Part shown: positions 1 to 11,620 of the stretch, one piece after another
Layout: every line of letters begins with the position of its first letter
Position numbering within the stretch: the first letter of the stretch is position 1
Origin: Phyllobates terribilis
Lineage: Eukaryota
Length of the DNA: 64,000 bases
Reading direction: 5' to 3'
Assembly (NCBI RefSeq): GCF_046119375.1
Contig: NW_027362767.1
Span: 84,010,001-84,074,000, forward strand
Made by a program: the position numbers and the translations under genes
The notes under the pieces: generated by a model
What the model saw: only the letters and a program-made list of their open reading frames with translations
Database searches by the model: none
What the model was told of the DNA's origin: nothing

Positions 1-107
1 TTTTCAAACAAAGAAGCTAGCAAAATACTCAAAAGGCACCTAGAGTACACCCGAGCATGTGTCTGAGCTTTCCCATTTATTTGTATTGTAAAATACAGAG
101 TATCTTT

Positions 108-903
108 AGACTATGTGCCCACGTAGCATTTTTGTAGCGTTTTTACAGCCGCCAAAACGCTTGTAAAACAGTTCGCCATGCAAAGCAATGTGAATTCGGA
201 TGTGCTGTACACGTGATGCGCTAATTAACGCGCTGAATTCGCGGTAGAAATAGTCATGCTTTTTGCAATGCGATTACGCTGCAAATTCACGGCCATTGAG
301 GAACATTGAAACGCAGTAAACCTGCAGGTATATGTGGATTTGCTGAGTTTCAATTAAATTCAATGGCCGCGAATTTGCGGCGTAATCGTGGTGCGAGTGG
401 TATCCAGGATGAAGAGGAGACTACAACTCCTCATCCCAGCTACCACGCGGTAAAAAAAAAGGAAACGTTAAAAAAAACAAAACCAAAAAAAAAAAAAAAC
501 CTGTATACTCACCTCTCCGGTCTTCTGGCAGCGTCCTCTCTCCTCGGCGTCCCGGCAGGACCTGCAGTGACGTCATTTAGAAAGCTGATGGTGACCATCA
601 GCTGACTAAATTACGACGCCGAGGAGACGTGAGTATACAGGTTTTGTTTGTTTTTTTAACTATAGATGCAGCATTTAAAGCATCTAAGTTGGTCACAAAA
701 TATAAATCCATGCCAGTTGCATGGATTTATATTGTGCGACCAACTTGTCAAGCACTTTTCCAAGTGATGCTCAAAATTGCTTAAAAAAAAAAAAAAAAAA
801 AAAAACAAGCATGCGAAAAACGCATGTAAATCTGCATGCGTTTTTTTTCTGCCAGAGAGGCAAAAACGCTCTGCATCAAATCCGCTACATGGGCACATAG
901 CGT
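108..903. mobile_element. MITE with ~20-bp terminal inverted repeats (Harbinger/Tourist-like)
   Basis: AGACTATGTGCCCACGTAGC (108-127) and GCTACATGGGCACATAGCGT (884-903) are near-perfect inverted repeats; internal hairpins; no coding capacity. Confidence 0.6.
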
Positions 904-1989
904 TAGAGCGGAAGGTGCCCAAAAAATGATTTGAACCTGTTGGGTGGGGAGTTGTAAACTTAAAAGTGGTTACAAGAAACTGAAAAGCCCGAACAAATTA
1001 ACAGCAAAATGTTTTTTTTACATGACATTGAGTGCACATACCCTGCATGATTATGGAGAAGGGAAGGGGGTTTCAAGGAACAAACATAACCCAGGGTAAT
1101 CACGAATAGAATGAAAATGGGGTGGTTACCACACTTCACATAAATATATAGTTTATGCAAGTGTCCGATATTTCAAATTGTATAAAGTAAGGAAACAAAG
1201 AGGCCCAGCGCCATCTTTTCCTATATAACTTCTTCTTACAAAGCCAGTGTGCTGTGAAAATCTGTCAAAATAGCTCTATACTTTATGAAAGTAAACAATT
1301 CCCACTCAGTCCAATAGACAGCTCAGTGCTCCTCCTCCCTAACAAATATCCACCCACCTAGTCTGACTGCTCCTCAGTATCCCTACTCCCTGCTGAGATC
1401 TCACACTGCTCAGTACAAGCTGCAGCTGTCAATCATGCTGGCTAGGTGCAGACTGGATACAATTCATACTCCAGCTCTCACTGTATATAGTTAGCTTAAT
1501 ACTAGAAGTCATCTAGCATGGATTTCCAAAGTAAATACACCATTCACATCAGGTTGTTCAACTAGTTCATATACACAGTTTGTATTGTAAAATGCAGTGA
1601 CTGATCATTTTTAACTACTGGTGGAGGACTCGGCCCCTATCAAAACTTATTTGTCAGTTTATTAAAAGGACAGGCAAGGAGTTTCCCCATTTTTCATTTC
1701 TTGGGCCTTCACCTGGTGGAACAATGAGTGCTTTGGTCTTTTGTTTTAAAAGGCAAGGCGACCAGAGGAAAAGCCTCGCGTTGGCATAATTAAGAAAGCT
1801 CATAAAATACTGATCTATTTTCTGAATAGAAAAGTTCTCTACCAAATAAGTGCACCTGCGAGACCTCTTCTACCTCGCAGAGGAAGCCATGTACATAGGT
1901 TACAAAGCACATTAGAAGCTATCATGTAACAGGAGCTGAACCCATTAGAGACCTCTGAAAAGTTCAGTAAGTAACACTGTGCATGCCAA

Positions 1990-2542
1990 GAGGGCGGAGC
2001 AGGACCCCTAAGTACATCACAGAGCCTCCACTTCATTCACTGATACATGAGCAGAAGATCCTAAAACTGATCAACAGGATCACTGAGCTGCTAGGTTCCT
2101 ATCAGGACGTCACCATCTATTTCTCCATGGAGGAGTGAGAGTATATAGAAGGGACACAAAGATATGTACAAGGACATCATGATGGAGAATCACCCATCCA
2201 TTACATCAGGGTTCCCCAACTCCAGTCCTCAAGGCCCACCAACAGGTCATGTTTTCAGGATTTCCTTAGTATTACACAGGTGATAATTGCATCACCTGCA
2301 CAGGCAATAATTCCATCACCTGTGCAATACTAAGGAAATCCTGAAAACATGACCTGTTGGTGGGCCTTGAGGACTGGAGTTGGGGAACCCTGCATTACAT
2401 CACCAGGAAAGAAGAGACTTTCCTGGGTTGTAAAGAGAACAGATGGATCCAGTCTGAGAAATCCCCCAGCAAGATGTCCCAGTCCTCTATATTCCCAGGA
2501 TTGGCCAAAAAAGGAGGAAAAGTGTCCTCTGGGATCATCAGG
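1990..2542 (+). pseudogene. Degenerate KRAB-domain (KRAB zinc-finger N-terminal) gene fragment
   Basis: Translates as GRSRTPKYITEPPLHSLIHEQKILKLINRITELL..QDVTIYFSMEE*EYIEG(frameshift)HKDMYKDIMMENH..ITSP..DGSSLRNPPARCPSPLYSQD. DVxxYFSxEEWxY is the KRAB-A signature. It carries a stop at the Trp, a 1-nt frameshift and a MITE insertion. Confidence 0.8.
2207..2392. mobile_element. 186-bp palindromic hAT-type MITE
   Basis: ~75-bp inverted arms starting CAGGGTTCCCCAACTCCAGTCC; perfect 8-bp TSD CATTACAT (2199-2206 and 2393-2400). Confidence 0.92.
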
Positions 2543-2589
2543 AAGGTTTTGGTGGATTGACGAGTCAGTCAGTGACCAATTTCTCCCAT

Positions 2590-2880
2590 GCATCAACCCT
2601 ACTCTGGAACTCTCTACCCCAACATCAGACTGTCGTCCATCGGTGAATCCTTAAAAAGGAACCTGAAGATCCACCTCTTCCGATAAGCCTACAACCTGCA
2701 GCAACCACCGCTCCACGACCCGCTCTACCCTCACCTACTGTATCCTCACCCATCTCTTGTAGCCCTCGCAGGCAGTGTCCTCTCTCCTCCTGTACCAGTC
2801 GCTGACTCATTTTTATTCAGATTGTACTTGTTGTTTTGCGATTATACCTTTTTAAACATGTAAAGCGCTATAATAAAATA
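2590..2880 (+). mobile_element. L2-clade LINE 3' end fragment
   Basis: CTCTGGAAC...AAAAGGAACCTGAAGATCCACCTCTTCCGATAAGCCTAC (end of ORF2, LKxHLFxxAY-like), then TGTAAAGCGC and an AATAAA-type tail typical of L2 3' UTRs (family assignment from recalled consensus). Confidence 0.65.
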
Positions 2881-3411
2881 TATCTTAGGTTTGAAGTATA
2901 AAACATACAATAATAAGGCAATAGTGTAATAAGAAGAAAAATAAAAGTACACTAGTCTACACATCTGACAAAACGGTTTAGACCACCACTAATAACATAG
3001 CTGGTCTAAAAGGGGAACGTCTCTCTTTGCGGAGACTTCTAGAATTGAAGTTGCGCTCTCTGAATTCAGCCTAAAGCAAGTCTAGGGCTATATTCACTTG
3101 TAATCCGTCTATTGGACATTGCAAGGTGTTTTTTTGTGGGGTTCAATATTAGAATGGGATTTAAAAGAACAAACATGGATGAGTTTGTTCACATTGGCGG
3201 TTTAAGGCTATGCAAATTTAATACAGCAAAAACACAACGTGCAACCATAGCCTAAGACTGAGCAACGTGTCAGCGTCTGCAATTATGTTACCTGCTTGAA
3301 CAGAAACAAGGCAAGTAGCCAAATGTAGGGTGACATTTATATTAATGGCATGCAAAAATTACAAACACATCAGCCAGGAGTCTTGTCACACACATACAAG
3401 GAAGGCAGGTC

Positions 3412-3427
3412 TTTATTAAAGTTTATT
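3412..3427 (-). terminator. Tandem polyadenylation signals of SRSF5
   Basis: Two AATAAA on the minus strand (plus TTTATT at 3412-3417 and 3422-3427), ~360 nt past the stop, followed by GT/T-rich sequence. Confidence 0.65.
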
Positions 3428-3781
3428 TCAACAGCATATATCACAAAATGAGAGGAAGCTGGATGTTTGGGTGTAGGAGTGGACAGTGCAGCTATATACA
3501 GCATTAACCATGAGACATTTATCTCATGTCAAAATATATAGGGGATGGGGAGGACAAAAAATAAGACATTTACACAAACTGTACAGATTAGGCGAGCATT
3601 ATAAAAGACAGGTTGAGAATCTACTGTGCAGTGGTCCACATTAGTAAAAAGTCTGCATCTCTCTTGTCCTGCTTTCTCATGGATACTTACCAAGATTTAG
3701 CAAGTATACATATTTCACAAAAATCATGGGAAAACTGAATAATAAAAAAAAATAATTCTAAAATAATAAAAAAATAAGTGT

Positions 3782-4058
3782 TCAGTTTCTGCTATCAACG
3801 GACCGAGATCTCGACCGAGACCTTTGCCGGTCAACAGATGCTGGAGACTTTGATGGGCTTCTAGAGGCAGCTTTTTGGGATTTCTCCTGGACAGGAGACC
3901 TACTCACAGATCTGGATTTGCTACGGTTACTGCGGGGGCTGCGAGGACTGCGGCTACGGCTACGAGAGCGGCTGTAGGATTTCCTGCTCCTAGAGCGGGA
4001 ACGGCTGCGAGACCGGGATGAGCTTCTGCTGCGGGAACGGGACCGGCTTCTTGACCTG
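3782..4058 (-). CDS. SRSF5: SRSF5 last coding exon (RS domain, stop TGA)
   Basis: Acceptor ttttattag|C; encodes (S)RSRSRSRSRSRSSSRSRSRSRSRSRKSYSRSRS...SVDRQRSRSRSRSVDSRN*, matching the SRSF5 C-terminus. The seven exons total 849 nt = 282 aa + stop. Confidence 0.95.
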
Positions 4059-4819
4059 CTAATAAAAGCAATTCAGGGTAAACTGCTGACCATGCAACGA
4101 CTGGATTCATTTCTACACAGACCATGTGTCAAATTACAGGAGCAATCTGGGGCTGCCCTTCGCATTAACAAAAACAGTGGGCAGTCCCAGACTGGTGGTT
4201 TTAAATAAAAGTTATATAAAAGAATTAAGTGCTCAGCCACTCAAAAAGACTAGACTTTCTAGCAAAAGTCAAGACTGTCAAGACTGAGTTCTGCAGCCTG
4301 TCAGGGCTCATTCAGATGCCAGTTTCTTTCATAAGAGCATCATCTGTATTTTCCACAGATCACACTCAAAGACCTCCATGCAAATCTGACCGATCTCAGA
4401 CCGTAATGCAAGAACTGGCTGTCAGTCTACCGCCAGAGCGTGCATGATGGGGTTATGCTCTGGTTGGGAGACTTGCGGCCGGTCCATGCATAGGGGTCTG
4501 AGATCGGTCAGATGTCTGCACGATCCCCAATAGTGAATGGGGACATTCACATGTCTCAGCTTGGTCCACAAAAAAAAAAATCAGACATGTTCCCACAACC
4601 CGAGGAGCGGCGGCAGGGGGGATTCCCACAACAGAAGAAACGGCTGACTTGCAGGGGTTTGACCCCTTTGTGTTACGTCTGAGCACTTCTGTTAATTGAT
4701 ATTTTACTAAATATCACCCATCTGAGGCTGGATGCTCTTATTAAATAAAAAAGGGCAGTTCCGGACTGGTCATACTTAAGTACCTATGTGAAAATTACCT
4801 AAAAATGAGGTCCACTAAC

Positions 4820-4930
4820 CTGTGCCTTTTGTTTCCTTCAATCAGCTTGATTTTCCTTCCATTGATTTCCTTGCCTGACAGCTTTTCAATAGCATTTTTC
4901 AGATCACTATACGATGCAAACTCAACAACT
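4820..4930 (-). CDS. SRSF5: SRSF5 coding exon 6 (RRM2 C-terminal part)
   Basis: ttcacag|...|gttagt; 111 nt; (G)[36 protein letters not shown]. Confidence 0.97.
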
Positions 4931-5026
4931 CTGTGAAGAACAGACAGCAATTAGCCCACCACTCATACCAGGTACTAGCCAGCCCTATAAAAACTAGAGG
5001 AAGACCAACCCGTGCCCCTCACTTAC

Positions 5027-5100
5027 CCTTCATTTAGTTTAGGCCTGTGTGCATCAGCAAAGGTAACTTCGCCAGCTTGTCTCATGAAGTCCTTCAGATC
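5027..5100 (-). CDS. SRSF5: SRSF5 coding exon 5
   Basis: cattag|...|gtaagt; 74 nt; DLKDFMRQAGEVTFADAHRPKLNE(G), completing the SWQDLKD motif of RRM2. Confidence 0.97.
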
Positions 5101-5417
5101 CTAATGCAAGATTTTCAGATTTATTAGTACGATGACAAGAGAAAATGGCACAAAACATAAAACACTGAAAAAAAATTTGACAGTGTTAGATCGGGAAGCT
5201 GACATTGTACTTTTACCACTCTTAGAATTTAGAATAGCAAAAACTACAATAGGGCACAAAATAAGTGAAGTCTTTGGAAGTAAGAAAAACAAAAAAAGAA
5301 CATAACTAGCGTAAAAGTGGAAAAGGTGTTAAAATTACAATAATATACTAAAAATTAGTATTTAACAAGCCATTTATTTGGTGCCCATGATGTCATTAAA
5401 AATATAAGTTACTTTAC

Positions 5418-5946
5418 CTTTAATAATAAATCCCTAGGCTAGTCAATCAGCAAACTGCAATAAGCGACTGGAGGAACCGTCACGACACAAGCCCGACTGG
5501 CTCTTCACACCCACTTGAGGGCTAACCAATTGATGGAAGCTTTTATATCGTATGGCCCTCCCTATATGAAGACTATGAACGATGGCCATCATTTTCTATT
5601 CTTGTGGTGTTACCATGGACTTTATTGCGACCAGGATTCCAACGACCACCTAATTGCGTATCTTTTCAACTCTGCGACCACGACCTCATATTTTCGGAAT
5701 CTTTACAGGCAGAACCATCTCTCAACATAAGGACCAGATTTCGTTAACTCTCAGGGGGTCGCTTGCAACCTGGCACTTTTAAGGAAGTGCTCCGGTATGT
5801 CTAGACCAGCAACGGATCTAGGAAGCCAACAAGCACTGGTAGGAGCCTCACTCGAAAAATTCAACCCGGCCCAACCAAAAGTGACCAACACAGAGCGATA
5901 ACCCAACAGGCGCTCCTCGTCACAAGGCCAACGAGACACAGATAGG
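5418..5946 (-). other. SRSF5: Candidate poison (PTC-containing) exon / alternative 3' splice region of SRSF5
   Basis: Acceptor ctttatttgccag|CCTATC at 5946 gives in-frame PICVSLAL* (TGA 5922-5920); candidate donor TAAAG|GTAAAGT at 5418. The region has no obvious repeats, unlike the surrounding DNA. Confidence 0.65.
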
Positions 5947-6165
5947 CTGGCAAATAAAGGGTTTAATATTTGGTTAAAATTAGGTTAAAACAATAAAAAT
6001 ATATATTATATTTAAATATATAAATATGTATATATAAAATAACAAAAACCCAAACCCCAATTACAAAAAAACAATTTAAACAAAATGTTCAAATGCCATA
6101 ACGTGCCTCTAAGAAGAGAACACAGGCAAAGTCTCATGTGCCCCACGTAATATAAGTGGACAAAC

Positions 6166-6232
6166 CTGCCAGCTGACGCGAGACGACAAGTTTTCCACAA
6201 TGAGACGATTTTCAGTCCTTATTGGTGGAGCA
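6166..6232 (-). CDS. SRSF5: SRSF5 coding exon 4
   Basis: cctttcag|...|gtttgt; 67 nt; (S)APPIRTENRLIVENLSSRVSWQ. Confidence 0.97.
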
Positions 6233-6321
6233 CTGAAAGGAAAAGAAAAAAATAAGTCAATGTATGATCTGTTTTTTTATTTTTTTTCTTACTATTTATT
6301 TTACTAGTAAGAACAACTTAC

Positions 6322-6444
6322 CTTCTATCATTACGTGGACGGCGACTACTAAAACGATCAGAGTATCTCCCCCGCCCCATTCCTCTGCCACCACCGCCGC
6401 CGCCACCACCCCTGGAGCGCAGGCGTGCATGCTCAATGGTAACC
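6322..6444 (-). CDS. SRSF5: SRSF5 coding exon 3 (RRM1 end and Gly/Arg linker)
   Basis: gtttcag|...|gtaagt; 123 nt; (R)VTIEHARLRSRGGGGGGGGRGMGRGRYSDRFSSRRPRNDR. Confidence 0.96.
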
Positions 6445-6520
6445 CTGAAACACAAGAAGTTTACTTACATTAATATCTAATAGAACAAAAAAAAAACCTC
6501 ACTATTCATAAGACACCTAC

Positions 6521-6591
6521 CTTTCACTACACAGCTCCTTCCCATCGAGCTCATACACAGCATCATCTGCATCTCTTGGATCTTCAAATTC
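6521..6591 (-). CDS. SRSF5: SRSF5 coding exon 2
   Basis: ttgcag|...|gtaggt; 71 nt; EFEDPRDADDAVYELDGKELCSE(R). Confidence 0.97.
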
Positions 6592-7199
6592 CTGCAATGA
6601 AGAAATTTACAATTTATAGTGTGAATCTTCACACTACGCTGCTCATCAATCCCTCTAGACCCCGGCTATGCTTCTGATTTGCTCACGCCTCTAACAATTC
6701 TTGACATCAGTCATTTGAAGAAAAAAAAAATTGCTACTTGGCTGCTATGCAGATTTTGATATTTTTTTTTTGCTGGGCTCACCACAGTTGTGCTACATTG
6801 TTTACTGTAGAGTAACATTGACAGTGCAATGATGCGATCCCAGTGTCACTTAAAGGGGATATCTGTGACTTTATGGAAAATAAATGTGCCCAAGCAGTTG
6901 CTACCTACCTGCTTGTTGTGCACACAACGTTCTTCCCCGACGCAGACCACTCCTATCAGGGATACAGCTTCCTCTGCTGACATCACGTCGACAGAGCGGA
7001 TGCTTTAACTCCCCGCTCCACTCAGTTGACAGGGCGGGACTTCTGACGTCATTCTCATTGACAGCCGAATTGCCGCTGCCTAACTGAGGGAGTCGGCTGT
7101 CAATCAGAACAACGTTGGAAGTCACGACCCGACCCAGCTGAATCCCCGGCAGGAGCAGTCTGACCATTCTGTGGATAACAGCGGTTTCTCTGCAGAACA

Positions 7200-9250
7200 C
7201 AAGGGCATGGCCTGCTCCAGGCTATTCCTAACTGCCCGCCCCCGGCTAGCTGTCTTTATTCCGTCCGCTAACAGGGGACGTGGCCTGCTCCAGGCTGTTC
7301 CTAACTGCCCGCCCCTGACTAGCTGTCTTTATTCCATCCGCTAAGAGGGGGCGTGGCCTGCTCCAGGCTGTTCCTAACTGCCCGCCCCTGACTAGCTGTC
7401 TTTATTCCGTCCGCTAACAGGGGACGTGGCCTGCTCTTAACTGCCCACCCACTGCCACCTGTCTCTATTCAGTTGGATAACAAGAGGCGTGGACTGCTCC
7501 CTGCTGTCTCTATTCCGTCCGCTAACAGGGGGCGTGGCTTTCTCCAGGCTGTTCCTAACTACCCGCCTCCTACCAGGGGGTGTGGCCTGCTCCAGGCTGT
7601 TCCTAACTGCCCGCCTCCTACCAGTGGGTGCGGCCTTCTCCAGGCTGTTGCCAACTACCCGCCTCCTGCTACCAGGGGGTGTGGCCTCCTCCAGGCTGTT
7701 GCCAACTACCCGCCTCCTGCCATCTGTTACCAGAGGGCGTGGCCTCCTCCAGGCTGTTGCGAACTGCCCGCCTCCTGCCACCAGAGGGCGTGGCCTCCTC
7801 CAGGCTGTTGCTAACTGCCTGCCTCCTGCCATCTGTTACCAGGGGGCGTGGCCTCCTACAGACTGTTGCTAACTGCCTGCCTCCTGCCATCTGTTACCAG
7901 GGGGTGTGGCCTCCTGCCATCTGTTACCAGGGGGCGTGGCCTCCTGCCATCTGTTACCAGGGGGCGTGGCCTCCTCCAGGCTGTTGCTAACTCCCCGCCT
8001 CCTGGCATCTGTTACCAGGGGGCGTGGCCTCCTACAGGCTGTTGCTAACTGCCTGCCTCCTGCCATCTGTTACCAGGGGGCGTGGCCTCCTACAAACTGT
8101 TGCTAACTGCCTGCCTCCTGCCATCTGTTACCAGGGGGTGTGGCCTCCTCCAGGCTGTTGCTAACTCCCCGCCTCCTGCCATCTGTTACCAGAGGGCGTG
8201 GCCTCCTCCAGGCTGTTGCTAACTCCCCGCCTCCTGTTACCAGAGGGCGTGGCCTCCTCCAGGCTGTTGCTAACTGTCCGCCTCCTGCCATCTGTTACCA
8301 GGGGGCGTGGCCTCCTCCTGGCTGTTACTAACTCCCCACCTCCTGCCATCTGTTACCAGGGGGCGTGGCCTCCTACAGGCTGTTGCTAACTGCCTGCCTC
8401 CTGCCATCTGTTACCAGGGGGTGTGGCCTCCTCCAGGCTGTTGCTAACTGCCCGCCTCCTGTTACCAGGGGGTCTGGCCTCTTCCAGGCTGTTGCTAACT
8501 GCCCGCCTCCTGAAATCTGTTACCAGGGGGTGTGGCCTCCTCCAGGCTGTTGCTAACTGCCGCCTCCTGCCATCTGTTACCAGGGGGCATGGCCTTCTCC
8601 AGGCTGTTGCTAACTGCCCGCCTCCTGCCATGTTCAGGGGGTGTGGCCTTCTCCAGGCTGTTGCTAACTGCCCGCCTCCTGCCATCTGTTAGCAGGGGGC
8701 GTGGCCTTCTCCAGGCTGTTCCTAACTGCCGCCTCCTGCCATCTGTTACCAGTAGGTGTGGCCTTCTCCAGGCTGTTGCTAACTGCCTGCCTCCTGCCAT
8801 CTGTCTATTCCATCCGCTACCAGGGGGCATGGCCTTCTCCAGGCTGTTTTTAACTGCTCGTCCCCATCATCGGTCCGCTAACAGGGGGTGTGTCCTGCTC
8901 GCCTGCCCCCTTTCCATCTGCTAACGGGGTGTGGCCTGCTCAAGGCTGTTCCTTACTTCCCGCCCACTACCATCTGTCTCTATTCCATCTGCTAACAGGG
9001 TGCGTGGCCTGCTCCAGGCTGTTATTTTTACTTCCCGCCCTCTGTCTCTATTCAGTCAGCTAACGGGCCGTGGCCTGTTCCTAACTGCCTGCCCACTGCC
9101 ATCTGTCCCTATTTATTTAGATAACAAAATGCGTGGCCTGCTTCAGGCTGTTTCTAGCAGTCCCCTCCCTGTTCTTAAGACTAAATAGACAGATAACAGG
9201 GGGCAGGGCAGCTAGGAACAGCCTGAAGCAGGCCACGCCCCTTATTTATC
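7200..9250. repeat. GC-rich minisatellite (58-bp unit with 51- and 30-bp deletion variants, ~35 copies) in an SRSF5 intron
   Basis: Unit CAGGGGGCGTGGCCTCCTCCAGGCTGTTGCTAACTGCCTGCCTCCTGCCATCTGTTAC; 58-nt spacing at 8024, 8082, 8140, 8198; last copy (~9190-9245) is inverted. Confidence 0.95.
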
Positions 9251-10419
9251 CGGCTGAAGATACAGATATCAGGGGGCAAGGCAGCTATGATCAAGCCACG
9301 TCCCCGTTCTTTACAGAGAAACTGCTATAATCAGGAGACCTGCTGATGGTAACAGCAGGGAGCTGCACACTGCGGTAATGTCCCAGATGGGAGGGGCGAG
9401 CAGTGAGGAGCAGCTCCTGTCACACTGAATTACAAGTGCTATAAGGAAAATAGAAGGTTTTACCTATCCAAAGTACCCCTTTAAATACATCTCCCCACCT
9501 GCTTGTTCCCCCTCTATCTCCACCTCTTCTTTGATTGACAGCTCTGGCTTCATAGTGCAGAGAAGGTGTGGAGATAGATGGAAACCAAGCAGGTGTATGT
9601 AGACGATTGGCTGCACCGCGAAGCACTGAGCGCCTGTACTTGGTTTGAACAGTCACTTTGTGCTGACAAAGTCCCTTTAAAGCACCACTCTGATATTTTA
9701 TTTTTTATTTCACCCCCAGACTGGTATCACTAATCCATGTCCCCTACCTGTAGTAAAATTCCATCTGTCGGATTCAGCCGTTACTGAAATCACTCATGTC
9801 CCGCACCGCTGTCTTGTGACCACAACTCCTGACTGACTAGACATAAGAGGCAACGGTCACAAGCTCTGAATGCAAGTCTGTGAAAGTCGCGGTCTGGCTT
9901 TCATAGCCTTACATTGAGTAATGACCTCCTGTAAGGGAGATAGATATATATATAATGGCCGATCCGTAGAATCAGTCATTTAATATCAGACTGGTAAGAG
10001 GCGCTAACAGCAACGCTAGACCCCCAATCTGATATGTATGACCTATCCCACATTCCCAGAGAATGTCATTAAGATCCACACCGTGTACAAAACTTAAAGG
10101 GTAGGACATCAATATTATATGCCAGAAAACCCATGTGCAGGCTAAGGTTTTGCTGCATCTCCTGGCAGAAAAACTGCAGCGTAAAATAAGCACTTTTTTT
10201 TGTTCTTGTAGATTTTGCCCCACTCATTATTATAGATGAAATATGCAAAAAAAAAAAAATAGACATGCTGCAGATTTAAATCTGCAAAGAAAAAAAAAAA
10301 AGTAACGTGCGCACGAGGCTTTGGGAATCTCATTCACTTTGCTGGCACTAGGAAATCATTCAGGCTTTGTGCCAAATCTAAGAAAAAAAAAAAAAAAAAA
10401 CAAGCAAAAAACCACTTAC

Positions 10420-10545
10420 CACAAATCCAAAGCCTCGCTTTAGGTCAATGTCCCTGATTCGGCCATATCCTTTGAAGAACCTTTCGACATCTTTCTCTCT
10501 GGCAGCTGGATTCAGACGCCCGATGAAGACTCGGCAACCGCTCAT
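10420..10545 (-). CDS. SRSF5: SRSF5 first coding exon (RRM1 N-terminal part)
   Basis: ATG at 10545; MSGCRVFIGRLNPAAREKDVERFFKGYGRIRDIDLKRGFGFV matches the SRSF5 N-terminus; acceptor ttctcag| at 10570, donor |gtaagt at 10419. Confidence 0.98.
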
Positions 10546-10969
10546 GTTTGACTGGAAGTTGTAACAGAACCTGAGAATTGAGAGAAGGCTTGATTACAGC
10601 TCCGAAAGCACCAGAGCAATACATAAGAAATCCACTAGATGGCGATCAAGTGACTCCATAGCTCTCAATGGAAGCCTCCACCCACCTCCCCAGGTGCCAA
10701 TACCATATATATTTTGCATAGAAAGCCAAGCCTTTCTGTATAGCTATGCAGAGCACGGAGATTACCGTACCCCTCCCCCACAAGATACTATTTTATACTA
10801 GAACACCCTTTCAATGCCATTACAGCAAGTAATAATTACAAGTGAGACTCAAAATCACTCCAAGTATGCAGCAATGCAGTAAATAATGTTCTATATGACA
10901 ATATATGACGCCCTGGGCCAGCAGCTCACACTAGGGGAGGCCTCTGCCTCGCACTTGTATTTTGCAGCA

Positions 10970-11620
10970 AGCTTTCCAAGATGGCGCCTGCAGCCTGGCC
11001 AGGGGGCGGGGCATCGCCTCACTCGTGGGGACCGGGGCATTACTGTGCACAGAACCATTAGAATACTGCACTAGAATAACGACGCCTATAATATACAGCA
11101 GCTTTGTGCTTCTGGGACAGTCAGCAACAACAATAAAAAAAAGTAATAAAACAAATATATAAATTATACATATTACTAAAATACAGAGCTAGCATGCAAA
11201 TAAATACGTCAAGCAGAATAACCGCAGTCTAAAAACGGTTTTTTAAAAAAAAAAAAAAAAAAGCCGCGCCTGCCATATACCAACCTTACTGTACAGCAGC
11301 AAATCCGAGAATGACGCAGCTCGCGAGCTGCAACTGAACAAAATCTACAATACGGGGGTGTGGCTATTTCCCGCCCGCCCTCCAAAAAAAAAGGAGGCGT
11401 GTCTTACGTCACGTGACCACTCTCCTATACGGGGAAGAAAAGGAGCACGATGCTAAACCCCGCCTCTTTCATTCTTCTGTTCTTCACAAAATGGTGGCTG
11501 ACGGAGGAGTGGCCTGAGAATACCGCCCGCTGATTGGCTAGGAGGGCTGCTGACGTTTTAGCACTGCTGCTGCAGTGATGATGTGACCCGTTTCGTAAAA
11601 TGGAGGGCGAAAAAAATATA
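10970..11620 (-). promoter_or_regulatory. SRSF5 CpG-rich promoter and probable non-coding first exon (~11285-11330)
   Basis: USF-type GTCACGTGAC (11408-11417) overlapping CRE-like TTACGTCA (11404-11411); GC box ~11370-11380; CCAAT (ATTGG 11533-11537); YY1 motif CAAGATGGCG (10977-10986); candidate donors AAG|GTTGGT (11285) or CA|GTAAGG (11290). Confidence 0.6.

Noticed and set aside
306-605. 99-aa ORF
   Set aside because: Lies inside a MITE, runs through poly(A) tracts and shows no recognisable motif.
7437-9188. Many overlapping ORFs on both strands
   Set aside because: Artefacts of the 58-bp tandem repeat inside an SRSF5 intron.
7200-9250. CRISPR-like regular spacing (also 19815-20655 and 26030-26845)
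   Set aside because: Units are contiguous with no unique spacers, there are no cas genes, and the DNA is eukaryotic.
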